From Cetorhinus maximus (lineage: Eukaryota): DNA of 64,000 nucleotides. Below the pieces are notes generated by a model. That model made no database searches. It saw only the letters and a list, made by a program, of their open reading frames with translations, and was not told where the DNA came from. Shown here in pieces: positions 39,171-51,500 of the stretch. The stretch spans positions 15,004,001-15,068,000 of the forward strand of contig NC_135888.1 of NCBI RefSeq assembly GCF_964194155.1, given 5' to 3'. The stretch's first letter is position 1. Each line of letters opens with the position of its first letter. Made by a program: the position numbers and the translations under genes.

Positions 39171-39195
39171 GTATAGGAAGGAGGTTTGGCCATAC

Positions 39196-39217
39196 CTTCA
39201 CCACCAATTCCTGGTTG
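39196..39217 (-). CDS. PHYHD1: PHYHD1 exon 7, 22-nt microexon (QPGIGGE)
   Basis: ctacag|...|gtatgg; required for frame between exons 6 and 8. Confidence 0.92.
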
Positions 39218-39954
39218 CTGTAGAAGAAAAAATGTTGTTAGCATTTTGTATAAGCTTACAATGCAGCAGATTGCTCATAAAGTACAAAAACATCCCTAAA
39301 ATATCCTTAGACAAATTATTCAAGTCAGTTAGTACACGATAGTTAACTTGGGATTAAATTGATGAAGTTCAGTAACATGGCTGATAATCTTAGCATAGGT
39401 GGTCTTGTGGTGTGGTGGTAGTGCCCTACCACTGGGCCAGAAGCTCTGGGTTCAAGTCCCATGCCAGGACTAGTCGGTCACAGAAGGAATGTTCATGATG
39501 TGATTCAATGGGCTGATAATTAGCCTGGGAATCCTTCCACCACCACTATTCCCCAAAGGGAAAAAAATGTGTGTGAAGATATGCTAAAAGAAGAATCTTA
39601 GCATATCCATGGCAGGCATGTCAAAGAATGTTACAAAAAGATCAATAGTTCCATCAGTGTTAAATGCTGGAGCGGGTTCAGGTTACAATCCATTTATTGC
39701 TCTGCAACTGAGCTGCTACTGCAAAATTAAGAGACTAATTGACAGAAACAAAACATTAAAAAAAGAGGTAAGGTACTCAAAAGCTTTTGCTCTGTAGCTT
39801 ATAAACATAAATTAAATAGAGGAGAAAGACCATTCACCTTCTCCTTGTTTATCCACCCAGAACAAATTTATAGCTTCCCCCTACTATTTCTTAGATTTTT
39901 CCATGCTTTTGCCTCCAGTATTTTACTAGGAAGTCCATTTCAATAATTGGAGGG

Positions 39955-40447
39955 ACAATAACATAATGGTAATGTTGCTGGATCGGTAATCCAACACTGT
40001 AATAATAAAGTTGCTAACTAATACTCCAGAGTCATGAGTTCAAACCCCACCAAGGCAGCTGGGAAAATTTAAAATTTAATTAATTAATCAATCTGGAATA
40101 ACATTCTAATATCATTAATAATGATCATGAACTGCTGGGTTGTCATACAAGTCCATCTGGTTCATGAATGATCTTCAAGGTGGAAATTTCCCCTTTTTAG
40201 CCAATCTGACCCACACATGACTCCAGTCCATAGCAGTGTGGTTAACTCTTAACTGTCCTCTGAAATGACATAGCAAGCCACTCAGTTGTATCAAACCATT
40301 ACAGACAAAAGAAATATGGGTGTACCTACAGCACATGGACTGCAGCGGTTCAAGAAGACAGCTCACCACCGCCTTCTCAAGAATAATTGTAGGTGGGCAA
40401 TAAGTGCTGGTCTTGCCAGCGATGCTCATATCCCATGAATGAATAAG
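39955..40447 (+). mobile_element. SINE or internally deleted derivative of the tRNA-headed LINE
   Basis: Head and body collinear with 58085-58400, joined to the tail GGACTGCAGCGGTTCAAGAAG...ATCCCATGAATGAATAA. Confidence 0.85.
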
Positions 40448-40649
40448 AATTGAGCAAGCAGTGTGAAGGACCTCCTGAAGGAGATACATGGGTATTTATT
40501 ATTGTCTCATTATTGTCATCTTATATGCTTCAGAAGGGTGAGCATGTGTTTTGCATAACGCTCCCTGACATGTAACATCATCACAATCCAGTCACTTCAT
40601 GAATGAGGAAAGGGACTCACAGTCCCATCACTCCCCACTTTCTTCCTAA

Positions 40650-41330
40650 TTCACAGAATCACAGTGCAGAAGAGGCACTTCGGCCCATCGAGTCTGCACC
40701 GACACGTGAGAAACACCTGACCTACCTACCTAATCCCATTTACCAGCACTTGGCCCATAGCCTTGAATGTTATGACATGCCAAATGCTCATCCAGGTACA
40801 TTTTAAAGGATGTGAGGCAACCCGCCTCCACCACCCTCCCAGGCAGCGCATTCCAGACCATCACCACCCTCTGGGTAAAAAAGTTTTTTCTCACATCCCC
40901 CTAAACCTCCTGCCCCTCACCTTGAACTTATGTCCCCTTGTGACTGACCCTTCAACTAAGGGGAACAGCTGCTCCCTATCCACCGTGTCCATGCCCCCCA
41001 TGATCTTGTACACCTCAATCAGGTCACCCCCTCAGTCTTCTCTGCTCCAACGAAAACAACCCAAGTCTATCCAACCTCTCTTCATAACCTAAATGTTTCA
41101 TCCCAGGCAACATCCTGGTGAATCTCCTCTGCACCCCCTCCAGTGCAATCACATCCTTCCTATAATGTGGCGAACAGAACTGCACACAGTACTTCAGCTG
41201 TGGCCTCACCAAGGTTCTATACAACTCCAACATGTCCTCCCTACTTTTGTAATCTATGCCTCGATTGATAAAGGCAAGTGCCCCATATGCCTTTTTCACC
41301 ACCCCACTAACATGCCCCTCCGCCTTCAGA
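40650..41330 (-). mobile_element. CR1 LINE 3' fragment
   Basis: LYRTLVRPQLKYCVQFCSPHYRKDV.ALEGVQRRFTRM...YEERLDRLGLFSLEQRRLRG. Confidence 0.92.
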
Positions 41331-41669
41331 GATCTAATTCTCCTGAAACTATTGAATTCTTGCTGAGGAAGGGTTGTACAAATATCAGGTGTCTTCCAGT
41401 AGATTATCCAACTGAACCTCATGTGAGTCTTGAAAGTGAGTGTCAGCAGGACATTTGATTGTAGGGAGCAACAAAGTTGACCCTGATCTTGCCATCATCT
41501 AATGCTCACAGGCACACTCCAAATTGCGGTCAGATGGATAGCTATCAGAAGTAGGAATGCTAGCTGATTTTCTTCCATATAATCCAGAGAAAATGATGCC
41601 CGTTGTAGTGCCCCGATCATTACTCTGGTGGAGATAATAGAAAGCATTGGTTTGGCCTCAACTGGAGCA

Positions 41670-42200
41670 TTGTGTCCAATTCTGGGCACCGCTTTATGAA
41701 GGATGAGAAGGCATTGGAGAGGGTGCAGAAAATATTTACAGGGGTGGTTCCAGGAATAAGGAACTTAATTTACAAGGATAGGTTGGAGAAGCTGGGGCTG
41801 TTCTCCTTAGTGAAGAGAAGATTAAGCTTTGATGGAGGTATTCAAAATCACGAGGGGCCTGGACAGAGTAGACAAGGAGAAACTGTTCCCATTGGTGGAA
41901 GGATCGAGAGCCAGAAGACACCGATTTAAGGTGATTGGCAGAAGAAGCAACGGGCGACATGAGGAATTTTTTTTTTACACAACGAGCGATTAGGATCTGG
42001 AATATACTGCCTGAGAGTGTGATGCTGGCAGATTCAATCACGGCCTTTAATAGAGATAATTATCTGAAGAGGAAATAATTATAGGACTATGGAGAAAAGG
42101 AGGGTGAGTGGAATTAGGTGAATTGCTCTTACAGAGAGCCAGCACAGACATGATGGGCCGAATTACTCCTTCTGTGCTGCAGCCATTCTATGATTCTATG
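41670..42200 (+). mobile_element. CR1 LINE 3' fragment
   Basis: ALERVQK.FT...RLEKLGLFSL; ATTCTATGATTCTATG tail. Confidence 0.88.
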
Positions 42201-42529
42201 AACACAACTTGGGAGTAGAACAGGGTCTGTCCTGGTATGTACGGCTCAGGTGCTCACTGCATAAGCTTATCGAGCTATTGGCAGAGCCACCAAGGGAAGT
42301 TCTAGGCAAATTGTCTGTTCTCAGGCTGTCTCTAACCTGCAGCTCCAAGCCATTAAATGCTGGAAAATCATGTGCCTTTTACTATATTTAAAGAAGGCAT
42401 GATAATATTGCATACCTTTTAATTTAAAAACTGCATTGAAATCAAAACATATACATCGTACAGTGGAAACAATAAATTGAAAGGTGCATCTATATTAAAT
42501 GTTTTGCTTCAGGTTTTATCGCGTCTTTC

Positions 42530-43130
42530 ATAAGAACATAAGAAATAGGATCAGGAGTAGGCCATTTGGCCCCATGAGTCTGCTCTGCCATTCAAAAAGG
42601 CCATGGCTGATCTGATTGTGGCCTTACCCCCACTTTCCTGCCTAACCTCCACAACCTTTGACTTTCCTGTCGATCAAAAATTTGTCTAACTCAGCCTTGA
42701 ATATTTTCAATGACCCAGCCTCTACTGCTCCCTGGGGTAGAGAATTCCAAAGATTAACGACCCTCTGAGAGAAAGAATTCCTCCTCATCTCCGTATTAAA
42801 TGGGAGACCTCTTATTTTGAAACTGTGTTCCCTAGTTCTAGGTTCCCCGCAAGGTAAACGTCCTTTCAGCATCAACCCTATCCTTAGAACTTAAATGTTT
42901 CAAGAAGATCTCCTCTCATTCTTCTGAGCTCTTATTTTGTGCAGTCACCTTTTATATAGCACCTTATCGCATGGCTTTTGGAAATTCAAATACATTATAT
43001 CTCCTGGTTCCCCTTTGTCCATCCTGCTTGTTACATCCTCAAACAGCTCCAATAAATTTGTCAAACACAATTTCCCTTTCATAAAGCCATGTTGACTCTG
43101 CTTGATTGTATTATGATTTTCTAATGTCCT
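42530..43130 (-). mobile_element. CR1 LINE fragments
   Basis: RTREHSFKIRG...FSQRVVNLWNSLPQ on minus; CATAAGAACATAAGAAATAGG tail. Confidence 0.85.
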
Positions 43131-43196
43131 AAATTTCAGCTTCCAGACCTACTGAGTCACTGATAGTGAAAGCAGAGAAACAATCTCCTCACATAC

Positions 43197-43259
43197 CTTG
43201 AAGATATACATGCTCTGCACAATGACAGGTTCCTTTAGTTCCAACTTCCGGGCTACTTC
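43197..43259 (-). CDS. PHYHD1: PHYHD1 exon 6 (EVARKLELKEPVIVQSMYIFK)
   Basis: tgacag|...|gtatgt, 63 nt; QSMYIFK motif. Confidence 0.95.
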
Positions 43260-44289
43260 CTGTCACACAGAGACACAGATTAATTTCACAATGGATATAT
43301 ATTTTCTAGCCTTTCTTTGGATCTGTCAGATCTGCATCATTCCCCGAGCAATGAGGGCAGCCTAGCTGCCTGGTTGTCAAACCTCATAATGCTGCACACA
43401 GGTAGCTCACAGGAGGTGAGAACAACAGGGAATCTTTGTTAGCTTTTCCTTCTCCCCTATGGAGGAGCGCATGGGTTTAAAATCAATGCATTCGAGACAC
43501 GTGGAACACTTTCAATCCATGAGCCTGGTCATCAGCATCAGGAAGACTGATTAAATGCTAAAAAAATCTCAAGCCTTTTCAGTTTTTAAAAGGTGGCATG
43601 AGGAAGGTATCTCGCACAGGTATAGAAAATAGTAAAGGGCATAGGAAAAGTAAATCTGGATAACTAAGTTAAATTGGCAATAGGACAAGGGGTTCATATT
43701 CAAACTAGCAAAAGTCAGGAAGCTTTGATGCAATGATAAATTCACAGAATGAATTACAGGTGTGCAGCGGAGGCAAAAAATTGTAGAATCATTTAGGTGT
43801 AATGGGGATTACTAGAAGTATTTTTAAATGGATCATCTAGAATGGACCAAATAGCCTTCATTGTCCATATCTACTTTGTGGATGCCTGTCCTGATGACAC
43901 AATTTAAATCAAGGATGCACCACGTAGACAATCACAACCACACCCTTAGGTCCTAACAATGACTCCACCAACTTCCAAAGCAGTATTTAAAAATGCAGAA
44001 AACATTATCAGTAAATCAAAAATATGGAGGGTTGTGGGGCTGGAGGAGGTTACAGAGATAGGGAGGAGCAAGACCATGGAACGATTTGAATACAAGAATG
44101 AGAATTTTAAATTGGAGACAGTGCTGGACCAGGAGCCAATGTAGATCAGTAGGCGCCGAGCTAACTCAGTGCAAGTAAGGATACAGGCAGCAGGATGAGC
44201 CAAAGTTTAAAGAGGATGGAAGGTGGGAGGCCAACCATCAGTGCAATGGCACCTGGAGTTAACAAAAGTCAGCTGCAGCTGCAGATGAA

Positions 44290-44765
44290 ACCTGGGATAA
44301 GGAGGTTATCTTATGAGGAAAGGTTGGACAGGTTGAACTTATATCCATTGGAGTTTAGAAGATTAAGAGGTGATCTTATTGAAATATATAAGATCCTGAA
44401 GGGACTTAACAGAGTGGATGCTGAAAGGATGTTCCCTTTGTGAGGGAGACTAGAACTAGGGGACACAGTTTAAAAATAGGGGGTCTCCCATTTAAGATGG
44501 AGATGAGAAGAAATTTTTTCTTTCAGAGGGTCGTGAATCTTTGGAACTCTCTTTCCAAGAGAATGGTGGAGGCAGGGTCATTGAATAATTTTAAGGCGAG
44601 GTAGATAGATTCTTAACCAACAAGGGAGTTAAAGGTTATCGGGGGTAGGCAAAATGTGGAGTCGTGGCCACAATCAGATCAGCCATGATCTTATTGAATG
44701 GCAGAGCAGGCTTGATGGGCTAAATGGCCTCCTCCTGCTCCTAATTCATATGTTTGTATGTTCAT
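44290..44765 (+). mobile_element. CR1 LINE 3' fragment inserted into an older L2-like relic (43970-44980, minus)
   Basis: LSYEERLDRLNLYPLEFRRLRGDLIEIYKILKGL; flanking minus-strand sequence resembles L2 ORF2 C-terminus. Confidence 0.8.
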
Positions 44766-45203
44766 ACGAGGCAGGGGCAGGGACAGGTGACGGAGATGGA
44801 AATGGGGCATCTTGGTGATGGCGAGGATACGGGTTTGGAAAATCATCTCAGGGCCAAATAGGGTATCAAGGTTACAAATGGTCTGGTCAGCCTCAGAGAG
44901 TAGCTAAAACAGGGATGGAATAGGTGGCTTAGGAACAAAGCTTATACAATGGATTGGCTCTTTGCAATATTTAACTGGAGATCATATGCTTGACGTACTT
45001 GAAAGAAAACTATTTGTGGGGTGGGGGGATGGGAAGATGTTGCCAAAATTGGATTCAACAAAAATTTTATTTATTTCTACCTGGTTCTCCTGGCAGTAGC
45101 CATTTCAGTCTGATGTAACATGATAATCTTTATCGGGCATCACTGCTACACAAGCTCCCATATGCCAGTAGTTGCAGAGACAGTAAGCTCAAGAAAGACC
45201 CAC

Positions 45204-45259
45204 CTGCACTTTGAGTGAATGTGTGAGATTTTTGAATGTAGGTTCCAAGGCATGAAGAG
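45204..45259 (-). CDS. PHYHD1: PHYHD1 exon 5 (ALHALEPTFKNLTHSLKVQ)
   Basis: ccacag|...|gtgggt, 56 nt. Confidence 0.93.
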
Positions 45260-45986
45260 CTGTGGAGAAGAGTCACATTAAGAGTGGGTGTCTGAGCAAG
45301 AGAGACACGCTGCACAAAATGAAATATTAGAATTAGCGACCAGTGGGGCTCACTTGGAGCACAGTCTAAGCCTTATTGTCCCATCAATCAGATCTCTTTT
45401 CATTATAACAGAGTCCCAGCTGACATAAGGTGCTTTATGAAACTTACTTTTTTTTAAATTTCCTAAAAAGTAGAGAGTCTTACCAGAAATTTTATAAAGT
45501 AAAGGTGAGTGGTTATTGGGGAAAATATTTAAACTTTCACATCAATATTTCTAACTGACTTGATAGACCTTTATTGAAAATAAAGAACTCATATTTCTAC
45601 AATAAAAAGACTCTATTGCTCTGTGTGGAGATATTTGATTTCAGTTTTGCCACAATGGGGTTATTTCAAACAGCCCCAGTTTGTCTGGGTTAAAGAGCGG
45701 AAAAACCATCAACCATTCCCTTCCCGATCACTTGAAGATAAACAGAAAGCCCAGTGATAGGGTTAAAAACCAGCTGACTGAGCAGACACAAAGGCTTTGC
45801 AATTCACTCAATGCTCCCATCTGGTTTATCAGCATTTTGCTGATGCTTGGAACCTAATAATTTCACTAAAACTTTCAGTGAATGCTGATGGTCTGCTCAG
45901 CAGGATGTACTTGTGCTTCTTCAGACAGAATTTTAAAAATGGAATCATTCTCTATCTTCCCAAGTAGCGTAAACCAGTGACCTTAC

Positions 45987-46034
45987 CATGTCCAATTTTA
46001 TTTATGGATTTCTCTTTTGGTACAAGAAGGTCAC
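45987..46034 (-). CDS. PHYHD1: PHYHD1 exon 4 (GDLLVPKEKSINKIGH)
   Basis: tttag|...|gtaagg, 48 nt; SINKIGH motif. Confidence 0.95.
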
Positions 46035-46119
46035 CTAAATGAAGAGGAAAATGAGTATGAGTAGATTCCTGACCTACACTGAGTACGGCATCTTTCTAAT
46101 TCATCTAAGAATTCCAGAC

Positions 46120-46505
46120 TTCCCAGTTGCTCAGTTAATAAGGCCACTTTCTGGTGAGTAGTTCAGCCATATATAAGGTCCCAGGTTTGACCCTTACCTG
46201 TGTTGTCAGCCTGGGCACAAATAGCCCTCGTGCTTTCTGGGTTAGGGAGAGGACAATAAAAAAAAAACAGCAAAGTCTCCACTCATGATCACTTTGCAGT
46301 GATTTCTATTTAACATATACATGGATATTAAGTGAAAAGATGACTGATGTGCACTGTAAACCCTTGGCATTAAATACCACAACATAAGTCACTGTCAAAG
46401 CCCAGACATGAAGAATCATTGTGTGAGCAGGGTACTAGAGGGCAGCCAGTGTCCTTGGAACAATATCCCAACAGGAGTCAGTGGCTTCAGGAAAGGAAAG
46501 GAAAA
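46120..46505 (+). mobile_element. Ancient tRNA-derived SINE relic (LF-SINE-like)
   Basis: Decayed head AAGGTCCCAGGTTTGACCC and body; related fragments near 27400-27540 and 29650-30050. Confidence 0.45.
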
Positions 46506-47594
46506 ACAAATTATAGAGACATAAAGAACAGATGTTTGTATTGGCATGTTGGAGGTCCAACGCACTGCACAACTGACAAGAGTTGACAGCTATGATTCCT
46601 TACTTGTTGCTGGATTCCTGATCTTAAGCCATGGTATCTCAGAGAGTTACCAAGTGGAGACCATGGGGAGAGGGAAGGTCCCATCCCTTACCTGTCCTCT
46701 GTCACTTTCTAGCTAATTATTACAGAATGGCATGGTGGAACAAGAAGGAAATCCACCAACTCACCTGCAGAAATAAAAATGAGGACAAAACGATCTAGAA
46801 AAGGGGCAGTTTCATCCCAAAACACTGACACATGGTATATATTATCAGAAAGCATGAATGTGCATTCATATAGTGCCTTTCACATGTCCCAAACCACTTA
46901 ATAGCCAGTGAAGTGCAGTCACAGCTGTGGGAAAACCATAGAATCATAGAATAATGCAATGCAGGAGGAGGTCATTCAGCCCATCATGCCTGTGATAGCT
47001 TTTTAGTAGACCATCCAATTAGTCACACTCCCAACTGGTTCTCCATAGCCATGTAATCCTCAGGCTGTGTCTGATTCTTTTGCCATTCAGCTTAAATCTG
47101 TGTCATCGGATACCAACCCTTCTGCCACTGGAAAGAGTTTCACCTTTTCTGCTCTTATCAAAACCCCATTCACCATTTTGAACAGCTCATATCAAATCTC
47201 CTCTTAACCTTGTGGCAGCTGGTTGGCACATGGCAGAAATGAGATAAATTATGAGACCATCTATCTTAGTGATGCTGGTGGGTGGGTCAATATTGACCAG
47301 GACACTGGGAGAACCCCCTTGCAGATTATTACTTTGATGCCCATTAATAGAATCTCAGGACATAAACCTCCTTGCGTCTTGGTCAATGTTTTTGCCTCGG
47401 CCAATAGCACTTACAAACGGATTAAATGGCCACGTGTTTCATTGCTGCTTCTGAGATGTTGCTGGTGCAAAATGGTCAGCATGTTTGGGGAGATAATAAA
47501 AGTAACTGCACTTCAAAAAGCAATTCATTAGGTGAAGGACTTTGATGTGATAATAAAGGTTCCATATAAATGCAAATATTTCTTTTATTAACTA

Positions 47595-47699
<105 letters not shown>

Positions 47700-48164
47700 C
47701 TAAAATAAAAAGTTGCAACAATCAACAGCAAGTGCTTGACAAACCAGAATTTGTTATGAAGCGGAGATCCATTATCCAACCTCCAACACACTTGCTCACC
47801 TGCATCTTTTGAGGCCAGTCAGGAATGCATTAATACAAAGAAAAGAAATATGATTCATCTCAATATTTTACGGCCATCTAAAGTCAGCAGAGTTGGACTA
47901 CATGTATTAGTGAAAAGTAACTGAAAGCAGATCATAGGAAGAAGTTCTTTACTTAGAGACTGATAAAGCATTTGGAATAAACTGCCAGTGGAGAATAGTT
48001 GAGCTAAAAATATTTGGGACTTTCAAAATGCAGATGCTTCAAGGGAGAGTTAGGGTACTAGAGACAAGGGTTTCAATTGTCTGCATGGTATGTTCTCATC
48101 CTTCAGTTTTTTTGTGTTCTTTCAAACAGCAAAAAATTTGGCTTTTTGGCTAGATTAAACTCAT

Positions 48165-48920
48165 TCGCATTTGCACCACACAAGTGCCAGGCGATGACCA
48201 TCTCTAAGAAGAGAGAATCTAACCATCTGCCCTTGACCTTCAACGGCCTTACCATCACTAAATCCCCCACTATCAACATGCTGGAGGTTATCATTGACCA
48301 GAACCTTAACTGGACTAGCCATATAAATACGGTGGCAACAAGAGCAGGTCAGAGGCTGGGAATTCTATGGCGAGTAATTCACCTCCTGACTCCCTAAAGC
48401 CTGTCCACTACCAACAAGAGGCAAGTCAGGGGTGTGATGGAATACTCTCCACTTACCTGGCAGTGTGCAGCTCCAACAACTCTCAAAAGGCTCAACACCA
48501 TACAAGACAAAACAGCCTGCTCAATCCTTAAACATTCACTCCCTCCGTCACCAGCACACAGTGGCAGCAGTGTGTACCATCTACAAGATGCACTACAGCA
48601 ACTGACTAAGCCTCCATCGACAGTACCTTCCAAACCTGAGACCTCTACCGCCTAGAAGGACAAGGGCAGCAGACACAGGGGAACACCACCACCTGCAACT
48701 CCCTCTCCAAGTCACACATAGTCCTGACTTGAAGCCATATTGCCATTTCTTCACTGTTGCTAGACCATAAAATTCCCTCCCTAATAGCACTGTGAGAGTA
48801 CCTACACCACATGGACTGCAGTTGTTCATGAAAGTGACTCACCACCACCGTCTCAAGGACAATTAGGCAACAAATGCTGGCCTTCCCAACAAAGCCCCAC
48901 ATCTTGTGAAAGAATAAAAG
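48165..48920 (+). mobile_element. 3' fragment of the same LINE family
   Basis: KCQAMTISKKRESNHLPLTFNG overlaps 60470-60660 in sequence; carries the family tail; another copy at 37470-37895. Confidence 0.85.
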
Positions 48921-48952
48921 AAAATAGTAATTCGGTAGCACAGAGCTTGAGC

Positions 48953-49084
48953 ATTGCTGAAAAAAAGAGACATCCTGTCAAAGCTTTTCATCTTGTACCC
49001 ATCAGGACAGATTCGCTATTTTCAATAGTTTCCTGATGAGTGCAAGATGAAAAGCTTTGACAGCATGTCTCTTTCTTCAGTAAT
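48953..49084. repeat. Palindromic element made of two inverted hammerhead-bearing ends
   Basis: Arms 48953-49007 and 49031-49084; each has CTGATG(A/G)-GT(G/A)CAAGAT-GAAA-AGCTTT-GAC. Confidence 0.85.
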
Positions 49085-49489
49085 AATAAAAGAAAAAAAA
49101 TCTCCAAATCAACACTTTTTTGGTCCTTTATTTCTTTTCATTTCCATTCCAGTACTACATACATTCCACAACAGAAAGAGGGGATGCAGAATCATGTCCC
49201 AGATTCCATCACAGTCTTGCTCATTTAACTGGGAAAGGGACATACCAGCAGCTATCTCAACTGAAATGGCAAGTTGGCAATACAAGCTTAGAGTACAAGC
49301 AAAAGGGTGTTAAAATTCCACAAAAAAGGATCTAAACAATGCAAGTACAAAAGCAAGATGTTATTTTCAGCTTTCCTCATAGGTTTTATGGATCAATCTG
49401 AAGCAAGTCACCATTCCTTTGGTATTTGAACATTTCAGTTAATTAAAATAACACATCCATAATCAGTCTCATTGCCAAGGGCTAGCTGA

Positions 49490-49678
49490 AGCCAAGCGTC
49501 GATAGCGAAAGGAGCGCATGGCAACCCGGGCACCCTACCCACCCGTTCCCCCTACCGCCATCTGCTCCAGCTGTGACAGAGATTGTAGGTCATGCATTAG
49601 ATTCTTCAGTCACCTGAGAACTCATTTTCAGCGTGGAAGCAAGTCATCCTCGACCCCGAGGGACAGCCTAAGAGAAGA
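49490..49678 (+). mobile_element. RTE-clade LINE extreme 3' end
   Basis: C..CDRDCRS.I..FSHLRTH zinc-finger remnant and GTCATCCTCGACCCCGAGGGA.GCCTAAGA tail. Confidence 0.7.
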
Positions 49679-49785
49679 TAATCAGACACACTGACATACA
49701 CACAGAGCAATTGAGGCACACACACTTTGATCATTGACACATACACAGCAATACCCAGTATTTTCATACACACCTAAACACCAAC

Positions 49786-49944
49786 CTGAGTTTTAAGCTG
49801 CTCCGTTTCTTGTGTTGAGAATTCAGTGAGAAGGTCTTGGGGGACCTCCATCTCATCAATAATGTCTGATATCCGTGCTCTCAGGGAGTCACACTCATCT
49901 GCTGTGAAGAACCCTTCAATTGTAACAAAGCCATCTTTCCTGAA
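49786..49944 (-). CDS. PHYHD1: PHYHD1 exon 2 (FRKDGFVTIEGFFTADECDSLRARI...EFSTQETEQLKTQ)
   Basis: cttcag|...|gttggt, 159 nt; PhyH-family DGF motif. Confidence 0.95.
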
Positions 49945-50014
49945 CTGAAGATGGGAAGAAACAAAGTTTTAACAGACAAATTAAATCAGAACTTGCTCAT
50001 TAACTTCTTTACTC

Positions 50015-50432
50015 ATGGTCATCTTAGCAATAACCCTCTCACTTCTGAGTTAGATGGTCATAGGTTCAAGCCTCACTGTAGGAGTTCAGCACATAATCTT
50101 GCCTATAGCTTAATTCAGTACTGAGTGAGTGCTGCACCATCAGAGGCGTCATCTTTCAGATGAGACATTAAACTGAAATTGCACCTGTGAGTTTGGGCAG
50201 ATTTAAAAGATGCTGTTGACATTATTCAGGGAAGAGCAGGCAAGTTCTCAATATTTGCGTCTCAGCAACACAATCAAAAACAGATTATCTGGTCGTTATC
50301 ACGTTGCTGTTTGTGGGAGTTTTCTGTGCACAAATTGGCTGCGTGTTTCTGACCTTACAACATTGACTACACTTCAAAAAGCACTTTGGGATGTCCTGAG
50401 ATTATGAAAGTTGCTATATAAATGCAAGCTTT
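50015..50432 (+). mobile_element. Deu-domain SINE
   Basis: Collinear with 22203-22655 (head GGTTCAAGCC, core, CTATATAAATGCAAG tail); partial copies also near 17465-17640 and 47230-47580. Confidence 0.82.
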
Positions 50433-51171
50433 TACACTAGGAGGAGCATTTGCACATTTGAGTGGGGCAGTGGTAAGGGATCTACAATTTAAGGCAGCAA
50501 CTCCCTGGGGTTAAGGTGGGATTAGCTAGGGTTTTTGCTCCAATTTGTTATTCAATAATCCCTATTAGATGGCAAGTGGAGACAGCTATGATGCCCACTG
50601 GCACTATATTCCATTGTAGGGTAGAACCTGCCGGAATGGAGAAGCAAAATACACTTGAAAAATACACTTTCACGAGCTGTGCCTTGTCTCACAGCGATTA
50701 AAGCACTGAACTCTAGCTGAGAAAACAGGCTAGGAACCTGCTCTTAGAATAATGCCATCTCTGAAGTCAAAATTTAAATACCATTCGGCGGTAACAATGG
50801 ATGCTGTCCCTCCTTCCATCGATAATTTAAAATTGAGGTTTTCATGTGATGCAGGTGGATATAACATGGGGGTTAGTTGTAATGTGGATTCAATGTAACA
50901 ATGTGGTTTAAAACTGGCATAATGTCAATTTAATTTGATCTAGTGTGGTTTAAGTGTGGATTTGAGGCGATATAATGTGGTTTAAATGTGGTAATGATGT
51001 AGTTTTGACACAAAAGCAAAATGCTGCACATACTGGAAAGCACAGAGTGTGCTGGATATACTCAGCAGGGCTGACAGCATCAGTGGAGAGAGGAAGAGAG
51101 TTAACTTTTCAGATCCATGATCTTTCACCCCCCCCAGGTGACCACGAGGACTGTGGGTTTAATTTTTAAAA

Positions 51172-51500
51172 AATCATTCATGGGATGTGGGCTTCGTTGG
51201 CTGGGCCCAGCATTTATTGCCCATCCCTAATTGCCCCTTGAGAAGGTGGTGGTGAGCTGCCTTCTTGAACCGCTGCAGGGAGGTGAGGTGTCAGCTGTGG
51301 CTCAGTTCATAGCACCCTCGCCTTTGAATCAGAGGGTTGTGGGTTCATGTCCCACTCCTGGAAAACCAAGAACTGTGATTGTACTCGAAAGAGTTGCAAT
51401 CTGTGACTGTTGATAACTCGAAAGAGTTTGAACCGCTGCAGTCCCTGTGGTGTGGGTACACGCACAGCGCTGTTAGGGAGGGAGATTTTGACCCAGGGAC
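51172..51500 (-). mobile_element. 3' tail fragment of the same LINE family, interrupted by a short SINE
   Basis: ATTCATGGGATGTGGGC...CTTCTTGAACCGCTGCAG...GTGGGTACAC; split at a 14-bp duplication. Confidence 0.85.
51279..51427 (+). mobile_element. 149-bp tRNA-headed mini-SINE with 14-bp TSD and no poly(A)
   Basis: A-box-like TGGCTCAGTTCA, B-box-like GGGTTCATGTCCC; tail has ACTCGAAAGAGT twice; TSD TTGAACCGCTGCAG at 51265 and 51428. Confidence 0.85.

Noticed and set aside
39400-39470. tRNA gene (A/B-box-like GGTGTGGTGGTA...GGGTTCAAGTCCC)
   Set aside because: Cloverleaf does not close; consistent with a decayed SINE head, as for the other B-box hits
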